Position numbers and translations under genes: made by a program. Source: a virus. From it: DNA of 15,862 bases. The notes below the pieces were generated by a model that had not been told where the DNA came from, made no database searches, and worked only from the letters and a program-made list of their open reading frames with translations. Below, piece after piece: positions 13,855-15,862 of the stretch. Numbering within the stretch: the first letter of the stretch is position 1; each line of letters opens with the position of its first letter. The stretch lies in IMG/VR virus record IMGVR_UViG_3300020557_000003; one strand, written 5' to 3'.

Positions 13855-14012
13855 TAGATTAGCTCTTTTTCTTTAAGAGCTTGAGCAATAGCGCGGCCAC
13901 GTACAAAGCCCTCGCCGTGTCCGTGCTTAAAGCCGATCGAGTATCCGATTACCATAAACATAAAGCCCATACCGCAGGCTGCTAAACCGATTAAAATGTC
14001 CATACTGTTCAT
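13854..14012 (-). CDS. Small single-pass membrane peptide, 52 aa (MNSMDILIGLAACGMGFMFMVIGYSIGFKHGHGEGFVRGRAIAQALKEKELI), not in the ORF track.
   Basis: ATG at 14012-14010. TAA at 13856-13854 overlaps the next start (TAATG). One clear hydrophobic helix. It is the first ORF after the promoter candidate. Confidence 0.5.
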   Translation of the reverse strand: MNSMDILIGLAACGMGFMFMVIGYSIGFKHGHGEGFVRGRAIAQALKEKELI

Positions 14013-14071
14013 TGTTCGCCCTTTGTTAAGGCCGAGCAGCTACCAAACCGAGTAGCCCTCCCGGCGTTTGT

Positions 14072-14100
14072 AGTATCAGTATGAGGCTACCTACTGACAA
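14072..14100 (-). promoter_or_regulatory. Sigma70-like promoter candidate on the minus strand: TTGTCA, 17-nt spacer, GATACT.
   Basis: The -35 is at 14100-14095 (TTGTCA, 5/6 match to TTGACA). The spacer is 17 nt. The -10 is at 14077-14072 (GATACT, 4/6 match to TATAAT). It lies in the only sizeable gap with no candidate ORF (14013-14107), upstream of the early genes. Confidence 0.35.
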
Positions 14101-14107
14101 AAGGCAA

Positions 14108-14344
14108 TTATTTAGCTAGGCGTGTCTCTAACAAAATCTCGTATATCTTGTCGATTTTATTATCCATACGCTCGACTCGTGACTCCATATGATCGATACG
14201 GCCTCGTAGGTTATGGCCTCCGTTACCGTCCGGCCTTAGCTCTGATAGGTAGTACTTAACTAAATGACGGACGAGCCCAGCCCCTAACCCCAAAATGGTA
14301 CAGCTCCCCACAGCTATACCGATTATGAGCTGAGCCCCTTCCAT
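14108..14344 (-). CDS. Lysis-cassette membrane protein with an N-terminal transmembrane helix and C-terminal coiled coil, 78 aa.
   Basis: Listed ORF. LIIGIAVGSCTILGLGAGLV is a transmembrane helix, followed by NGGHNLRGRIDHMESRVERMDNKIDKIYEIL. TAATG overlap with the holin-like gene. It resembles small membrane proteins found after lysins in actinophage lysis cassettes. Confidence 0.45.
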   Translation of the reverse strand: MEGAQLIIGIAVGSCTILGLGAGLVRHLVKYYLSELRPDGNGGHNLRGRIDHMESRVERMDNKIDKIYEILLETRLAK

Positions 14345-14529
14345 TACTTCTTTACCCCAAACTGACCTTCGGACGGTTGGAGTGCCTTAAGTAGTGGCCC
14401 GATTAGCCCAGCGATAAACGCGTTAGCCAATACTTTCGGATCGGTGATCCCTGACATATACAGCGCTGCCGCACTTGCCAAGGCTGCACGGCCGTAAGAT
14501 TTAGCCGCTGCGATTGCTTGCTCTTTCAT
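14344..14529 (-). CDS. Holin-like small membrane protein, 61 aa.
   Basis: Listed ORF immediately downstream of the endolysin. It has two moderately hydrophobic segments (AALASAAALYMSG and LANAFIAGLIGPLLKAL) and a charged C-terminus. GGAG Shine-Dalgarno. Confidence 0.45.
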   Translation of the reverse strand: MKEQAIAAAKSYGRAALASAAALYMSGITDPKVLANAFIAGLIGPLLKALQPSEGQFGVKK

Positions 14530-14561
14530 TGTCTAGCTCCATTACTGCCCTTAGGGTTTGT

Positions 14562-15020
14562 TTACTGTAAACCTAAACTCGAGATTAACGCTTTAGCCTT
14601 AGCAGCTGATATTTCTACCTCAAAGTGCATATCGTCCGGCCTGCTCTTAAAGTCGCCGCCCCACTTAAGGCCGTACTTTTTAGCGAGTGCCCGGATCATT
14701 GGTACTTTTTCAGCCGGGAAAGTGTCGTATTTTCCTAGTGGATGCTTTGTCGCATTTAGATCGATGGCCGTCCCGGATGAGTGGCACGATAATTTTGTAG
14801 GGTTGCCTCTTACCATCCTGTACGCATATGCCCAGTCGTCAAACGTACCCTCATCGATCGGCTCAATCAGCTCGTGAAACTCCGCAGCAAAGGCGGCCAA
14901 AAGAGGCCCAACACTTTCGGCACACCTTAGCTTACGATCCGTACCTTTTACGAGGTAGGACTTTATCTTAATTGCTTCCGGATCTTTAGATGCCGGGTAG
15001 CCGTTATAGCTAGTCTCCAT
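14562..15020 (-). CDS. Endolysin, peptidase M15 (VanY / L-Ala-D-Glu peptidase-like zinc metallopeptidase), 152 aa.
   Basis: Listed ORF. SCHSSGTAIDLN (H-x6-D) and DDMHFE (D-x-x-H) are the zinc ligand motifs of the M15 family. WGGDF lies between them. Confidence 0.8.
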   Translation of the reverse strand: METSYNGYPASKDPEAIKIKSYLVKGTDRKLRCAESVGPLLAAFAAEFHELIEPIDEGTFDDWAYAYRMVRGNPTKLSCHSSGTAIDLNATKHPLGKYDTFPAEKVPMIRALAKKYGLKWGGDFKSRPDDMHFEVEISAAKAKALISSLGLQ

Positions 15021-15195
15021 TAGTAACGCTCGGTGTGGATTGTTCCGCTTCAGGGTTTTCTAGCCAGAGCAAGTATGCCTGATAGTCAGAGTTTGCCTCA
15101 TCCATCGGAATAGATAAGACTTGACCATCGCCAAGGTCAGCCCAAATAGTGGATGGTTTACCTTCAACTTCAACAATTTTATAGTGCATCGTCAT
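15010..15195 (-). CDS. Hypothetical 61-aa protein between the tail fibre and the endolysin.
   Basis: Listed ORF preceded by AGGAGA. Acidic. ...IPMDEANSDYQAYLLWLENPE... recurs in small phage proteins next to fibre genes. Function unknown. Confidence 0.5.
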   Translation of the reverse strand: MTMHYKIVEVEGKPSTIWADLGDGQVLSIPMDEANSDYQAYLLWLENPEAEQSTPSVTNGD

Positions 15196-15203
15196 TGTAT
15201 CTC

Positions 15204-15862
15204 CTATAATTCCGCTTGAAACGCTAAAAATGATGAAGCATTATTAGTGTTTATGAAAGCACCGTGACCAGCAGTTCCACTTGCCTCTGTACCATTGTAA
15301 ATATTTGCTGCTGTATTTGTTGCGTAAGCAAGAGTAAATGAATTAAATGTATCATTTCCACTATTTCTGTAAGCAATATAATAATCTGTACCAGTTACTT
15401 GTGAAAGAGTGGGTGCAGTTCTCATACTTACTGGGAAGTTAATTACTCCATCTACTTCATTTGACGCGTAATAAGTTGCCATACAGATTGCTTTGGCTGA
15501 ACCCGAAGCAGCAAGGTAGTAGTAACGCTGACAAGCGGCTAATTCTCCTTGGAGTGTTGCTGCGTAAGTGCGGAAAGGTAATGCCACGCTTCCAATGTCA
15601 ATCTGAAAACCAGTTACTTCCATATAATCTGCTGCTCCAGCCGTACCAGTAGCAGTATAAAAACATTGCAAGCCCATCTCGGTTGCAGTTGCAGCGACTG
15701 TTCCTGTGTAACTAAATCGCTGCCAAGTTGTTGTTAATGTAGCCGAAGCGTCAATAGTTGTTGCTTCTCCTGTATAAGTATTTGCAATGTTTTGGTCTGT
15801 ACCTGTGCCTGTTTTCAATCGGGCAGTAAAAGCATTTCCCGAAGCAGAAAAGTTTGCACCTG
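15204..15862 (-). CDS. Tail fibre / receptor-binding protein, C-terminal part. Same gene as 1-766, continuing across the circular junction.
   Basis: The frame stays open upstream of the track's TTG start at 15818 to the window end. The sequence there is the 99-bp repeat, which is in frame with the 1-766 segment (...ARLKTGTGTDQNIANTYTGEATTIDASA...). Ser/Thr/Ala/Gly/Tyr-rich and beta-like, as expected for a distal receptor-binding domain. Confidence 0.8.
   Translation of the reverse strand, partial: GANFSASGNAFTARLKTGTGTDQNIANTYTGEATTIDASATLTTTWQRFSYTGTVAATATEMGLQCFYTATGTAGAADYMEVTGFQIDIGSVALPFRTYAATLQGELAACQRYYYLAASGSAKAICMATYYASNEVDGVINFPVSMRTAPTLSQVTGTDYYIAYRNSGNDTFNSFTLAYATNTAANIYNGTEASGTAGHGAFINTNNASSFLAFQAEL
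15764..15862. repeat. Right copy of the exact 99-bp terminal direct repeat (identical to 1-99).
   Basis: Direct comparison of the two window ends. Implied unit genome length is 15,763 bp. Confidence 0.9.

Noticed and set aside
14108-14344. The 78-aa protein with a transmembrane helix and coiled coil, considered as an i-spanin of a Gram-negative-type spanin pair.
   Set aside because: No overlapping or adjacent lipoprotein (lipobox) ORF is visible. The other evidence (transglycosylase family, Shine-Dalgarno strength, lysin type) points to a Gram-positive host, where spanins are not expected.
444-15652. All plus-strand ORFs in the track: 444-806, 971-1177, 2704-3066, 3067-3336, 3463-3735, 3995-4180, 4802-4984, 4920-5306, 8836-9030, 9753-9974, 12083-12280, 14518-14877 and 15461-15652.
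   Set aside because: Each lies antisense to, and almost entirely inside, a longer minus-strand gene with recognisable phage function. Their translations are low-complexity (Ser/Ala/Leu/Arg-rich), typical of the reverse strand of real genes. None has a convincing Shine-Dalgarno or fits the one-directional operon layout.
15204-15818. The track's 204-aa ORF starting at a TTG at 15818, read as an independent gene.
   Set aside because: The frame is open upstream to the window edge and continues, through the 99-bp overlap, into 1-766, where a proper ATG and Shine-Dalgarno exist. The TTG is an internal Leu codon (..ARLKTGTG..).
15764-15862. The 99-bp terminal repeat read as a physical direct terminal repeat, an LTR, or IS/transposon ends.
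   Set aside because: It is a direct repeat, not an inverted one, and it lies in the middle of the tail-fibre reading frame. No transposase or integrase is present. An assembly overlap from a circular or permuted template is the simpler reading, although true termini can only be settled with read data.
1-15862. A gene transfer agent cluster or a phage satellite, rather than a phage.
   Set aside because: The element closes on itself and carries its own lysis cassette, methylase, HNH/TerL and a complete head-tail set. Satellites lack most of these, and GTA clusters are chromosomal and not circularly closed. The lack of replication genes does keep a defective or GTA-like origin from being formally excluded.
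1-15862. tRNA or rRNA genes, CRISPR arrays, and integrase/attP or toxin-antitoxin pairs.
   Set aside because: I saw no cloverleaf-like segments in the few non-coding gaps and no regularly spaced repeats. No ORF has tyrosine- or serine-recombinase motifs or typical toxin-antitoxin architecture.

Overview
This window looks like a complete, circularly closed genome of a small tailed bacteriophage with an HK97-type head and a siphovirus-like tail. Bases 1-99 are repeated exactly at 15764-15862, so the unit length is 15,763 bp. The linearisation point cuts through the tail-fibre gene. Every credible gene is on the minus strand, and most junctions are stop/start overlaps (TAATG, ATGA, GTGA) or gaps of only a few bases.

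Gene order in the direction of transcription, from the only sizeable intergenic region (14013-14107, with a sigma70-like promoter candidate):
- Early genes: a 52-aa membrane peptide (not in the ORF track), a 201-aa unknown protein with a Cys/His-rich C-terminus, and a 125-aa protein with a PD-(D/E)xK-like motif.
- Three consecutive small CxxC...CxxC zinc-ribbon ORFs, two of them below the ORF-track cutoff.
- A beta-class SPPY DNA methyltransferase, a transglycosylase-like protein with a signal or anchor segment, and an HNH endonuclease.
- Head genes: large terminase, portal, and a prohead-protease/major-capsid fusion followed by a hairpin terminator.
- Neck and tail genes: head-tail adaptor, neck protein, tail tube, tail chaperone, HK97-gp10-like protein, tape measure, minor tail protein and tail fibre (wraps the junction).
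- Lysis genes: a 61-aa ORF, an M15 peptidase endolysin, a holin-like protein and a protein with a transmembrane segment plus coiled coil.

I found no polymerase, primase, helicase, integrase, repressor, small terminase, tRNA or CRISPR array.

I do not see a recognisable new defence or multi-gene system. The points most worth a second look are:
- the minimal gene content with no replication genes;
- the zinc-ribbon triplet next to the nuclease and methylase;
- the A+T-rich modules (methylase, transglycosylase domain, distal fibre);
- the tail-chaperone region, which lacks a canonical frameshift site and has a displaced gp10-like gene.

All functional calls come from reading motifs by eye, not from database searches.
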